DNA of 63,681 bases, the filler included. It is 15 parts of 15 records of this genome, joined end to end, with 100 filler letters (N's around TTAATTAATTAA, not from the genome) between each part and the next. Parts side by side here need not be neighbours in the genome. Positions count along the whole stretch, not along the records: positions 33,259 to 37,475 come from SRR15195285_11995; positions 37,576 to 42,148 come from SRR15195285_12005; positions 42,249 to 45,336 come from SRR15195285_12010; positions 45,437 to 51,480 come from SRR15195285_12011; 11 more parts are not named here. The stretch is one strand, 5' to 3'. Shown one piece after another: positions 35,951 to 47,058 of the stretch. A model generated the notes under the pieces. That model was not told where the DNA came from. It saw only the letters and a list, made by a program, of their open reading frames with translations, and ran no database searches. A program made the translations under genes and the position numbers. Each line of letters begins with the position of its first letter. Position 1 is the stretch's first letter.

Positions 35951-37315
35951 TCAAGTCCACACGCGCATGCTCAGTACTGCCACCACGTTCCCATCGCTTG
36001 CACGTCCACCGTAGAGCACCGGCGCGCACACAATCTCGTCACTGAAATTCAATTCAAAGTGGTCAGTCAGTTCCGAACCCATGATAGCGGTCGTCGCTTT
36101 CACTTTCGATTTGTGGGGATCCTCGTCGTCGTCGTCTTCATCATCCGTGTCGCAGTCCATGAAACAGAAGCCTTTTGAGGCCTTCGGACCAGAGTAGTCC
36201 TTGGGCGTCACCCGCGCCTCATTCAACAGATTCTTCCCGTCAACGTGGTGCTTGAGTCCAAGCGCAGACAACAAGCGGCGCGTGGGCGGCACGCCCGTAG
36301 AACCTGCGCCAGTGATGACCACCACCCGTCCTTGCGTGTCGCTCTCGCTAGCTGGGAGCCAGGCACTAGCCAGGGCTAGGCTCATGCGCCGTGCGACACC
36401 CCCAGGAGTAGGTGGTGCATCCTTGATATCCTTGTGCGTAACCGCACCATCCGCCAAATTCTCCTCCCCGCCGCCACCCACTAGCCACGATGTGCCGGAG
36501 CCAGACTCTTCCGATAGCGCCGCAGCCGAGACTGGTTTTTCCATGTACAACGCAGCGGCGCTAATCGAACCAGTGCCCGCCCCCTGCGTCCCCGTTTTCT
36601 GTCGCTTGCGAGGGCGGCCCGCGGTCAGCATCGCTTGCACGTCCTTGTGTGCTATGTCAAGTGGCGTCTTGCCGTCACTAGTCTTGACGGCAACGTCCGC
36701 GCCGTGATTCAACAGGAACTCGACGGTCTCAGCGTTCCCCGCCTCTGCAGCCTGGTGTAACGCCGACCACCGTCCGGCTGGCTGACAGTTGACATATCCC
36801 GAATTCTGAGTTACGAGTGCGCAAACAGCTTCGAAGTCGTAATCCTTGGCCTTGTCCAAAAATTGATGTTGCTGAGTTACTGTAGGGTGGGCTTGTTCGG
36901 GCGTGTCAGCTGCGCCCGTGCCCGTGGAGGTTGAGCCAGAGAAAGCTGCACTCACTTCCGCCTGCTGTGTGGGACCAAGTGTAGCGAACCCCTCGACGGC
37001 GCTCGCGTCTCCGCCGGCGTTCTGCGCGACTTTGGGGGTGATGCAGCTCACGCATCGCCACGCGTACGACGAGGTGCCTGCTCCGATCAATCAGTCGCTT
37101 GTTCAGACAGTAAGAGTACAGTCGTACAGCTGCTCCTATTCCTACGCAAACGGTGCGCGAAAACTGATCTATACTGTGTACACCCTGCAGATACCGTTGA
37201 TTTCGACGAGCGTCCCTAAGCGAGCGGCGCCCTTGGGGATCGCTGCTTTGCAGCTGCCCTTGCACTTGCTGCGCCCGCTCTTCGCCGCCTCCAGCCGATA
37301 CTTGAAGCTCGACAT
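35951..37315 (-). CDS. PARP-type zinc finger + ankyrin repeats + NLS + NuiA-like C-terminal domain; 1 intron
   Basis: ATG 37315: YRLEAAKSGRSKCKGSCKAAIPKG..RLG; intron 37078-37194; WRCVSC; ankyrin WSALHQAA..GNAETVEFLLNHGADV..DGKTPLDIA; basic RPRKRQK; SESD...LYGGRASDGNVVAVLSMRVWT-stop. Confidence 0.75.
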
Positions 37316-37575
37316 CGACCGTGCTATACCCTACCCGGGGCTGCGTATTGCCGTGATGCGTCTAGACACAGCTGCCGCGGTATATACATTCTAATATATC
37401 CGGATCGCAGCTATAGAGCTACTGTACGCTATCCGGATCTCGCGCGGGTGCGCGGCGCGCGAGCTCTGCAGCAAANNNNNNNNNNNNNNNNNNNNNNNNN
37501 NNNNNNNNNNNNNNNNNNNTTAATTAATTAANNNNNNNNNNNNNNNNNNNNNNNNNNNNNNNNNNNNNNNNNNNN

Positions 37576-38874
37576 CCGGAGCCAGAGCCGGAGCCAGAGC
37601 CGGAGACAGAACTGGAGACAGAGACGAAGGACGGACCAGTTGTGTTCTCGTCGCTGGCGGAGGTCCCCGATGAGCTGCTGCGGCAGCGCACGCCTGGCGC
37701 GCCACTGCGCGGCTCGATGTTCCCTGACCGACTACAGCGCGCTGCTGGGGATGGCGTGGATGGCGACGAGGCGACCGATGCGCCGCTCCGTGCGATGCTC
37801 AAGCGGTGCATCAGGGTGCTGCCGCACCATAACGATACAGGAGGATTCTTTGTAGCTGTATTTCGACGAGATTGTGAGGAAGGCACCGAAGACAGGGAGC
37901 GAGTGGTAGGCAGCAAAGGTGAAGCAGCGCAGCAACCAGCGACAGCAACAGGCACTACTGATGATGATAGCGACGACAACGAGCAGCAGCCACTGCATCA
38001 CGACGAGGCGGTAGCGAGTGACATCGAAGCGGATACTGTTGGGCGCAGCGATGATGCCATCATCCCAGACGTCAGCATCATCGAGGGTCCTGGTGCTGGG
38101 TGCATGTTCTACGCCAGGCAGCGTTACGCTCTTTTGAACAGCGACACGCGCAGCCCCGTACTTGACGGAATCTGGTCCTCCATTGCTGACTTCTACGGTC
38201 TGCCGTCCTGCGACGGAGCGATCACAACAGAAGGGCGCTCTGACGACAGCAACGGTGGTGGTTTCGGTCTAGTGCAAAAGAATCTGGCAGTGGTGTTTGA
38301 CCCCGATGGCCAGGCACGCAAATTAGATCTGCTGTCACCAGCACTCCGCGATTTCCTTCGCGGTGATGTTGGGGAGCAGACACGCTTGCAGTTTGTCTCG
38401 CTGGGGATGCGAGCCTTCAAACGGCTCGAGCCGGGTTTTCTCAAGCCGGCGCGCTGCCGTTGGCGGCCTTGCCACGAGAGTGCAGAGTATATCAGCCGAG
38501 CCGCGACTCGACGCCGGCTGCGGTTGGCACGCGAGCCTCTGCTCGATTTTTTGACGCGCGGGCGGATGGATATAGGGCAGCTTTATCAGTTGGAGCGTGA
38601 TGGTCTTGCTGTCGGGCTGGCGGCAGAGTGCGACGCGTGGCCAGAGATCACGGCGCAAAGCATTGGTGGCATCGTCGTCGGTTGCTTGCTAGAGCCACCA
38701 GCCGCGGCTACAGGTAGTAGCCACGGCAAGGAGGAAGAGGAGAAGGAGGAGCATGGCGTTTCATCGGCGGCACGGATCTGGGTGGCGGGAGCATTGACTG
38801 GAAAGCAGCTTGAATCGTACGCAGATAAGGCTGAGCTGGTGATGGCTCGTGAGCTGCTTGAACAATCACACTGA
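37576..38874 (+). CDS. NSUN2: NSUN2/Trm4-like tRNA cytosine-5 methyltransferase, C-terminal part (5'-truncated)
   Basis: SMFP, LKRCIRVLPHHNDTGGFFVAVF, LQFVSLGMRAF and CRWR match the NSUN2 motif VIII-X region and PUA-like tail. Confidence 0.75.
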   Translation, partial: PEPEPEPEPETELETETKDGPVVFSSLAEVPDELLRQRTPGAPLRGSMFPDRLQRAAGDGVDGDEATDAPLRAMLKRCIRVLPHHNDTGGFFVAVFRRDCEEGTEDRERVVGSKGEAAQQPATATGTTDDDSDDNEQQPLHHDEAVASDIEADTVGRSDDAIIPDVSIIEGPGAGCMFYARQRYALLNSDTRSPVLDGIWSSIADFYGLPSCDGAITTEGRSDDSNGGGFGLVQKNLAVVFDPDGQARKLDLLSPALRDFLRGDVGEQTRLQFVSLGMRAFKRLEPGFLKPARCRWRPCHESAEYISRAATRRRLRLAREPLLDFLTRGRMDIGQLYQLERDGLAVGLAAECDAWPEITAQSIGGIVVGCLLEPPAAATGSSHGKEEEEKEEHGVSSAARIWVAGALTGKQLESYADKAELVMARELLEQSH

Positions 38875-39591
38875 CCGTCCGAGAACCACCGTAGCTGCTA
38901 CACTATCTGCGCAAGTTGAGTTTTGAATGATCTTTGCATTCTATATTGGGTCGCGTCAGGGCACCGCCTCAGTTATCCCATAATAATGCCATCGCTTGGA
39001 TTGCGGTGTAAATCAGTTCTTGTGTCGCCATCACTCTCAGAGCCAGACTCCTCAGCGAGTACATGTATCTAGCTCGACCCTACGCGGCCACCGCCAATTG
39101 CCAGCATGGCAATAACGTGTCAGTTTTGCAGCCGTACATGCACGAAGAAGCTGATTTTGTTGCGCATTTGCAATCTCTGGCACGTTGCATAAGGTACAGC
39201 ACTGGCCACTCTAGCTGGTGGCATGTTGTGTGCAGGGGGAGTGGATTCCCTTTTTGAGTCTTGTGCGCGGCTCGCGCGCAGCACTCATCCGGTCCATTTT
39301 GCGCTGCGGGGTTTGGGCTGGTTTAGAGCTTACATGGTCCTGCTCAGGGTTTGTGGCGGTGAAGTCTTGGCAACTACTTAGCTCCGCTCAGCAGGGGCGG
39401 CTTGGTTAGGTGAGCTTCCAGGACAGGCACTTGCTTTTACCTACAGCTGTACCCCTGAGGCCTCACTTCGGCGCTTCGATCGATTGACTCCGCATCCATG
39501 GCCAAGATCAACACCTTTGGTGGCCACCCATATTATCAATAGAATATTCGATATTCGATATTCGATATTTGGTGGCCGCCGCCGTTGACGC

Positions 39592-42148
39592 ATGCGAAGG
39601 ATCGGATCGCAACGGGCAACCGCTCTGCTCGACGTAGCGGCTGGCCGGGCTGGGTGGTCGCTGCGGATGGGGCGGCGCAGGAGCGAGTACAGCGTCGGGG
39701 TGTACGACGCCCGGCACTTCGATTCGCACGTGCTGGACAGCGAGCAGCGACGTGCGAGGGAGCACGCCGCGGCGAAGAGCGTGCTGCTGCAGGCGATTCG
39801 CTCGCGTCGCACGGTCTTCGGCCGGTCGTTGCGGGATCCACGCGCGGTGTTCCAGGCGATAGACCGCGATGGCTCGGGGGCGGTCTCACCCGACGAGTTT
39901 GCCACTGGCCTGCAGCGGATCGGCCTCGGCCTGACAGCTGCACAGTCTGAGGCGCTGGCCCAGTCCCTCGACACCGACGGCGATGGCGAGATCGGATGGG
40001 AGGAGCTCGCAAGATTCCTGGGTGTTGACGCGGGAGCAGTTCCGGCAAAACCAGGAGAGGGTCCAGCCACGGCAGCCCAGCTGGCAGGAAGGCCTGCGCT
40101 GCGCATCCATTTTGATCCAATCGGAGGCTACTCGTTTGAGAAGATCGACTCAGGCGATGTCCGGCAGACCACCACGCCCGAAAGCGATCGGGAGTCGCTG
40201 AGCTTCTTTTCGGCGCAAGGCGTGCTGGAGATGCCGACCAAAGCGGCACGCGACGAGCTGTTCAAACGCATGGATCCGAATGCGAACAAGCAGCTTTCGA
40301 TGAATGAGTTTACTGATGGCCTCGCTGTGCTGCTGCCACAGTTTGGCAACCAGGACGCCGTGCGCCGCGCTTTTGTCGCAGCCGATCGCGACCAGAGTGG
40401 GCTGGTTTCGCGCAGAGAGTTTCGGCTGCTGCTTCACTACACAATCTTCTTTCACAAAAAGGCAGCGACATTTCACAAAATTGACAGCAACGGCGACGGG
40501 CGAATCGACTTCTCCGAGTTCTGTGGATCCTGCGCAGCAGTTGGTGTGGCCAAGGACGCTGGCGCGCTGCGGGCCGCTTTCGACCAGCTCGACATCGACG
40601 GCGGTGGATACGTGCGCTTCTCAGAGTTTGCCACCTGGTGTGCGCGCACCGAGGCAGTGTCGCAGGGTTGGGATCGTAGTGGGGCCAATGCATACGTAAG
40701 TGTTCCCAGTGGAGGACTATCGCAGAAACCACGGAAATTGCAGGCTATTACTCCAGAGGAGGCGCAACTGCAGCATCGTCGCCAGGTGCTCGAGAGGCGG
40801 CTGCGGCGAGATTCTCGCACTTTGCGGCGGCTGGAGGCCAGTCAAGATGCGGGCTGGCGGGTGCAGGCTCGGCGCTCGTTGTGCTGCCACGCTAGTCATT
40901 CATACCGTGATTTGCGCATGCGGTGCCCAGAAGAGCCTGGATGGGTCGATCAGGAACGGTCTAGGTCGGTGCGTCATCTGTCAGCCACACGGCACGTCTC
41001 GTTGCACCAGGCAGAAGATGCGTACATGCGGACGGTAGCATTTCTGTCCATTGAAGGGGGAGATCCCCTCGAAAGCTCACTTCTCAGCGAGTCTGAACGG
41101 CACGCAGTTGCTGATGAAATGAGGGTAGCCGGGGAGAGTGGGGAAGATTCTTTCGACGGCAGCGAGACGAGACCTGGATCACCCGCTTCCGGTGAGGCAC
41201 TGCCATCACAGAGCGCATTAGGGCGACTCCGTCAGGCTGCCCATCGCGTTGGGAAGCAAACCACTGCGTTTGTGCGAGAGGCTTCAAAGTTGGAGGCAAA
41301 TCGTGCCAGCTTGTCACAACTTGTTGGTGGCGGCGATCAGATACAAGTCCGCAAGATCGGTGAGTACGGTTGGGATGGCTCCGTTGCTGGTGTTGGCGAT
41401 TTCGAGAACGAAGAGGCATTGCGCACAGCATTTGAAAAATTTGGTGGCCAAGTTCTCAAGGCAAAGATTCGACACCGCGTCCAAGATGCAAAGAACGTCA
41501 GCCATGCAATCATAACAATGGCTGACGCCGCAGATGTAGATCGCATCATGAGGTCACAGCCAATCTTTGTCGGCGACGTCCAGCTCGACATCACCCGCGT
41601 TGCCTCCAGTCACGGGGCAACATTCGGTGCTAGCACAGACCGCGATACCTCTGTGAACGTACATCAAGGAGCCGACCAATTTACCGTTCCGCGCACTACC
41701 GTCTGGATCGGGCATCTGCCACCTCAGTACGCGTCTGAGGCTGCATTAAAGCGTGTGTTCTCCAGCTGTGGGCAGGTTGTTCACGTGACTGTGCGCTACC
41801 GTTCGAACGGTCGCTCCTGGGCCCTGCTGACATTCCGAACTAACAAGGAGGCATTGAACCCGCTCCGCTCCGGTTTCAAAGATGTGTGCGTCATTGCTGC
41901 TGTGTTTTGCGTGCGTCCCCTTCTGATCGGCAACGACGTGCTGGGTTGCGCAGGTTCCCGGTACCACCTGCCTGGGTGTCTGCAGTTCGGTCAAAACGCG
42001 CGGCCGATGCCGCCGCACAAACACTCGAACAGTTACGCTGCCCGTCGCTTTCGAAAGCGCGCGGCATTCTAAGTAAAAGAACATTGAAAGGACTTTCGCA
42101 CTATCTTGTCCATTGGTGGCCCGAGGTGACGACCGTGGACGAAAATGA
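39592..42148 (+). CDS. Multi-EF-hand calcium-binding protein with two RRM-like domains; 3'-truncated
   Basis: EF loops DRDGSGAVSPDEF, DTDGDGEIGWEEL, DPNANKQLSMNEF, DRDQSGLVSRREF, DSNGDGRIDFSEF, DIDGGGYVRFSEF; RRM-like TVWIGHLP..LKRVFSSCGQV..SWALLTF. Confidence 0.75.
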
Positions 42149-42248
42149 NNNNNNNNNNNNNNNNNNNNNNNNNNNNNNNNNNNNNNNNNNNNTTAATTAA
42201 TTAANNNNNNNNNNNNNNNNNNNNNNNNNNNNNNNNNNNNNNNNNNNN

Positions 42249-42278
42249 CAGTCTGATCGACGCGTTTGGCGCATGTTG
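42249..42278 (+). repeat. Dispersed upstream element (copy upstream of sialidase)
   Basis: CAGTCTGATCGACGCGTTTGGCGCATGTTG at the contig start, about 70-100 nt before ATG 42347. Confidence 0.8.
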
Positions 42279-42346
42279 CGCGCGCCCCGCCCGCGCGCGC
42301 GCGCGCGGATCGAGTCCGTCGCGCGGCCGGCACGCATCGCAGCGAG

Positions 42347-43528
42347 ATGCTGCAGCTCTTGCTCCTGTTCGTCGCGGCACACGCCACCGTGGCGACGGCT
42401 CTGCGGCAGCCCACCGCGGACACCGTCGTCTTCCGCGCAGGCCAGCACGGCTACCAAACGTACCGCATCCCCGGGTTCGTGCGGGCCACGAACGGCAGCC
42501 TGATCGCGCTCGCGGAGGGTCGCGTGCGCATCAACGGGCCTCAGGTCCCGTGCCACGGCTGGCGCAACAATACATGCTGCTACGGCAAGCCCGCCTCGGA
42601 CTTCGATGGCCTCTGCTACGACAAGGACATCGTGCTCAAGACCTCGCGCGATGGGGGCCGGAGCTGGGGCTCCCTCCAGATCCTGACGCAGTCGAACGCG
42701 AGCCACTACTACTCGAACGCGATCGGTGTGACGGACGCAACGACAGGGCGTGTGTGGGTCCTCTTCTCGCGCTGCTCTGTCGCGCGGGGCTACAGCGGCT
42801 GCACCGATCGTTGGGTCTACTCCGACACCCACGGTGAGTCCTGGTCCGCAGCACCGGAGGCGGATGCGCAGGAGCACGGATCCGGTCTGTCAGGGGTCGG
42901 ATCCGGCATCCAGCTGCGAAGCCCGGGCCCGCACCACAACAGGCTTCTCTTCGCGAAGGGCCGCGCTGTATTTTCGGATGACGATGGGCGGCACTGGACG
43001 GCTGCCACTTCCACCTTCGGGAGCAGCGAAGGCCAGATCGCGGAGCTGGCAGGCGGAAGCCTGCTCGCGGCCGTCCGCTCTGGATGGCAGCCCGGCCTGC
43101 GACGTTCCACGGACGGTGGCGAGCACTGGTCTACTGGCTACCAGCTGGATGGTACCGGTGGTCACTCCAACGTTACTACGGACAACTGCGCGCTGAGCAT
43201 GATCTCCGTTTCTCCCGCGCTCGAATACGTGTTGCTTTCGCACCCGAACCGCCCTGACATCGGTCCGGCCGACGACATTCGCGCGGGTCAGCCCATCGGA
43301 CGCCAGAACGCCACCGTGTCGATCGCCCGAGTCGGCACAGGTGGCCATCTCGGCACCTTCGTCGACTATGTCCAAATTTACGCGGGGCCGAGCGCTTACA
43401 CGAGCCTGGGTCAGATGGCCGACGGCGAGTGTGGGGTTCTGTATGAACGCTCGGCAGTGGGGGCGCTGCCGGTGCACTTCGATTCGCTCAACTACGCCAC
43501 CTTCCCGTGCGCGCCCTTGGGTATCTAA
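42347..43528 (+). CDS. Secreted GH33 sialidase/neuraminidase, intronless
   Basis: Signal peptide MLQLLLLFVAAHA; YRIP; four Asp-boxes (SRDGGRSW, SDTHGESW, SDDDGRHW, STDGGEHW); SEGQ Glu, AVRS and GRQN Arg, AYTS Tyr nucleophile, LYER. Confidence 0.9.
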   Translation: MLQLLLLFVAAHATVATALRQPTADTVVFRAGQHGYQTYRIPGFVRATNGSLIALAEGRVRINGPQVPCHGWRNNTCCYGKPASDFDGLCYDKDIVLKTSRDGGRSWGSLQILTQSNASHYYSNAIGVTDATTGRVWVLFSRCSVARGYSGCTDRWVYSDTHGESWSAAPEADAQEHGSGLSGVGSGIQLRSPGPHHNRLLFAKGRAVFSDDDGRHWTAATSTFGSSEGQIAELAGGSLLAAVRSGWQPGLRRSTDGGEHWSTGYQLDGTGGHSNVTTDNCALSMISVSPALEYVLLSHPNRPDIGPADDIRAGQPIGRQNATVSIARVGTGGHLGTFVDYVQIYAGPSAYTSLGQMADGECGVLYERSAVGALPVHFDSLNYATFPCAPLGI

Positions 43529-43956
43529 GGGTTGATCTGCCTCTCTTTGTTGGCAACGTTGGGCCGCTGCTATACCACTGGTGTCATCGGCATATCAGGA
43601 TCATGATTGTGTGTTCGAGCTACGTGTGCAATGAATCTTGTTTGTTTTCAACACATGCGCACAAACATCCATTGAGTCTGGCACTCAATAAGATTTGCGC
43701 GCAGATTGTTCTTCCCGCCAGATGCTTTCAAAATGGGGATTGTGCTTTTTTTAAGAGTACACAACTGCTCTGGAGAGTCCATCAATAGACGAAACACAGC
43801 ATGGAGTGAGTGATCTATCGATGCTGTACTGTACGGTACGATAGCCGTTGCCGTACAGCCAAGCACATGGGTTGACAATAATTGATTGCATTCATTTCTC
43901 AATAACGCAACTCAGTCTCACCTTTGCCAAACACTCTGGCTTACGTAGCACTGATC

Positions 43957-45063
43957 TTACTGACTCTCCGCTTGTTCAAAGACTGTCAGCGCGGTAAATG
44001 CTGTGGTGTATGGGGTGGTCTCGGGGATTGCCTTGGTCGGATAAGGGTACCAGGTCTCTACCATAATCGCATCCCAACCATGGTTTCCACTTATGGCACT
44101 AGGCACCGTCCTCGCTGCCCCCTCCCAGTCCACCATTGTCCCTTTGTGAAACGCCTCTGCAGAGCTCTTGCCACCTACCTGGCTGTTAAACGTCTTACCT
44201 ACCTTCAAATCGAGGTCCTTCACTAGCTTAACAGCCGCTGCTAGCTTCTTGTAACCACTGCCTGCTGGCCCGGGTGTGCACTGTGGAGTAGGGACTGGAG
44301 ATACGCAAGGAAAATTTGCCGAGTACTCCATCGGAGAATCAGCCCAGTACCCTGTCAGCTTCACGCCTTTGGCGTTCATTGCGGTAATGAGCTGGGAAAG
44401 GACAGTCCCCAGCTCCATATCGTAGTGGCTGGGTTTGTTTGCCGGCCACTTGTCACCAACTCTGTAGTGAGGCAAGGCGTCGTACAGGTAGAATGCAGTC
44501 TCATTGCCGAGCGTGGACTTCAGCCTGCCAGCGAAGGCTGCCACCTGTTCCGCTGTCTCCGCATGCGTCTGGTTCCTGCATGCGGCAGTCGTCCGCGAGA
44601 AGATGCTTTCGAGCATGAAGTGAGACACCGTGCCCCCTGCCGTGAGGAACGGCCCGAGAGTCTTTGTCAAGGTGCGCTCGGCCGTGCTTACCCCTGTGCC
44701 AGCGCCACATAACGCTCCTCCACCCTCTATACTTATCGGTAACCCGATGCTGCGTGAGACTCGAGCCAAGGTCGTTGATTCGGTCGGGCTCAGGTCGGCG
44801 AAAGCCATCTGACGCAGGTGGAGCGCTCCACCTCCCGGCGACGCCTCCATTTTGCTCCGCAACCCGTGCCACTGCTTGAGTCCCTGTGGTGATGCGACGA
44901 GGCCGTTCACGAGCGATGACAAGAGTGGTGCCTTCAGGTTTGCCGTCGGTCCGAAGAGCAACGTGGGAGTGACCGTTGTTGGGGATGTGTCATTCTGTAA
45001 ACCTGCGTTTGCTACGCCTGCGGTAGTAGTCAACCAGACGAATGCCTTCGCTACCATCCACAT
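43957..45063 (-). CDS. Secreted hypothetical protein, possible TIM-barrel hydrolase
   Basis: Intronless ORF with hydrophobic N-terminus from ATG 45063; alternating beta/alpha pattern (ISIEGG, FMLESIF, YLYDALP, YWADSP, MVETWY). Confidence 0.55.
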   Translation of the reverse strand: MWMVAKAFVWLTTTAGVANAGLQNDTSPTTVTPTLLFGPTANLKAPLLSSLVNGLVASPQGLKQWHGLRSKMEASPGGGALHLRQMAFADLSPTESTTLARVSRSIGLPISIEGGGALCGAGTGVSTAERTLTKTLGPFLTAGGTVSHFMLESIFSRTTAACRNQTHAETAEQVAAFAGRLKSTLGNETAFYLYDALPHYRVGDKWPANKPSHYDMELGTVLSQLITAMNAKGVKLTGYWADSPMEYSANFPCVSPVPTPQCTPGPAGSGYKKLAAAVKLVKDLDLKVGKTFNSQVGGKSSAEAFHKGTMVDWEGAARTVPSAISGNHGWDAIMVETWYPYPTKAIPETTPYTTAFTALTVFEQAESQ

Positions 45064-45436
45064 TTTCGATGACGGGTACACTCACCTATGGCGGCTCTCG
45101 TTTGTCCCGTCGTGCGGCAGGCCCAGTGGGACCCGGCGCTGTGGAGTACGTACAGTACGTAGAACTCTACCAGCACCGACCCGTGCGGCGGCGAGCGACG
45201 CACGACCGCGCGCGCGCGTCCTCGCACATATTCGAATACCTCGGTATGTGTACACAAAATGTACATGCATGTGTTACGCGACCGAAGAGCTCTCGAGCCG
45301 AAGAGCTCTTCGATCGCTGCTCGAAATGGTCCAAGANNNNNNNNNNNNNNNNNNNNNNNNNNNNNNNNNNNNNNNNNNNNTTAATTAATTAANNNNNNNN
45401 NNNNNNNNNNNNNNNNNNNNNNNNNNNNNNNNNNNN

Positions 45437-46092
45437 GGAAGCAAAGAAGACACCGATTAAAGACAAAACAAAGAAGGAGGAGAAACAGAAACCGATGCCC
45501 CAGAAAAACTCGATGGGCGCATCTCCGCACATGAAGCTCGGTGGTGCCAACAACCATGTGCACGTGCTGCTCAAATCTGATATTGTGCGCGACGAATGAT
45601 TGAAGCCGCCGAAATCTTGTGCGCTCAATTCTGTGGCTGAACTGATGGTACTCGTGTATGTGGATGGCATCTGGGTGCACAGGACAAGCTCAAAGCCCGC
45701 GCAGTGAAGCAGGGCGTTCCGGCGAAGGATGTGGCAGCTGCAAAATCCAAGGAAGAGGTTGTGGCACTCTTGTACGAGTACAGGTAAGAAATGGAACGCA
45801 GCCTTATGCATTGATTGCAGCCAGGTGCTCGTCCTGATGGAGATATTGTGTTGCACAATTACGTAGTGACGAAGCTAAGGAAGCGGGCACACTGGGGAAG
45901 CCGTCGACGACCTCGAAGGAGATTCGCGCGGCCAAGTACGACACAAATCCCATTGATCCGGCTACTGGAAGGACCCGTATATGGCAAGCCACCGTGGATG
46001 CGATCAAAGATCCTGAGGAGAAGGCCCACGCTGAGGCAAAGTATCTTAAGCGCGATGCAGAGATCGCGAAGGGTAAGAAGGACGAATTGTGA
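45437..46092 (+). CDS. 3' fragment of an ER-lumen protein ending in KDEL, with a small SAP/HeH-like helical module; spliced; missed by the ORF track
   Basis: Exon KLKARAVKQGVPAKDVAAAKSKEEVVALLYEY, GTAAG intron at about 45784, last exon ending AAG AAG GAC GAA TTG TGA (KKDEL-stop, stop at 46090-46092). Confidence 0.55.
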
Positions 46093-47058
46093 AAGCAGCA
46101 ACGTTCGGCTGCAGCGTTTCCACGGTTCTGAAGCTTAATGATAGTACGATTGTAGTATAAAGCCCCGCGACGGGATTGGCCGCTGCACTAGTGTAGCAAG
46201 TCCATTGCTCGCATCAGCTTTTAGATTCGCAGAGCGCCCAAACAGTTTCCCCAAAGTATCATGCAGCTGTATAGGACTTGAACAGGCAAAACGCCAGATC
46301 TGGCGCCTCTCTCACGAGGGGTGGATTGTATCATCATACTCATCTGCTATCAATAGTTCAATAGTAGCGGAGCACGTTACATGCAAATCCGACTCCGATG
46401 TGTGGAGGTTTGACTTCGCCGGGCGGTGAAGCTGAATGCCATCGCTATTAGTGAGCCTGCGACGGCGGCTGCCCTGCCTATGGCATACAGTACGCTATGC
46501 AGCGGTTTTAACAAATCTTTCAAAGGCGCGTTTGAAAGATTTTGTCTACTTGAACTCCCATGTTCCATCCCTTTTTCGAATATCCGCGCGCGCGTGCGTA
46601 CATGTACCGTACGCGTCGCCGGATCGAATCGAGAATTCTCACTCAGAATTTCTCAGAACTCTGCGGATCATCTCGAGTCGCGGAGTTTCTTCGCGTTATT
46701 TCTATTGATCTCGAGAGAGACCTATAGAATCAATTCTATGAAAAACTCGGTACCACTGCTCAGCGCTGTTGGGTGCTCAGCTTTGGGGCAACAGATCAAA
46801 CGTCGCACTATCAGATCGAATACGAGCGGCAGCAGCTGGGAACGGCACGATCGTAAGTCTACAGAATACGACCTTCGGTGAATGCCATGGAGCTCCAGCA
46901 GTATCGCCACGATGGCCTGAGGGACTAGAACAGCAGCAGGGCGTGTCGCAACAATGATTGCATTATTAGCAAGCGAAGTAGTTTCTCAGCTGTATGGCGT
47001 TGTGTGGCATCATTGTACTACAATAAACACTACGTTGTCAGAACGATTACGTGCATAC

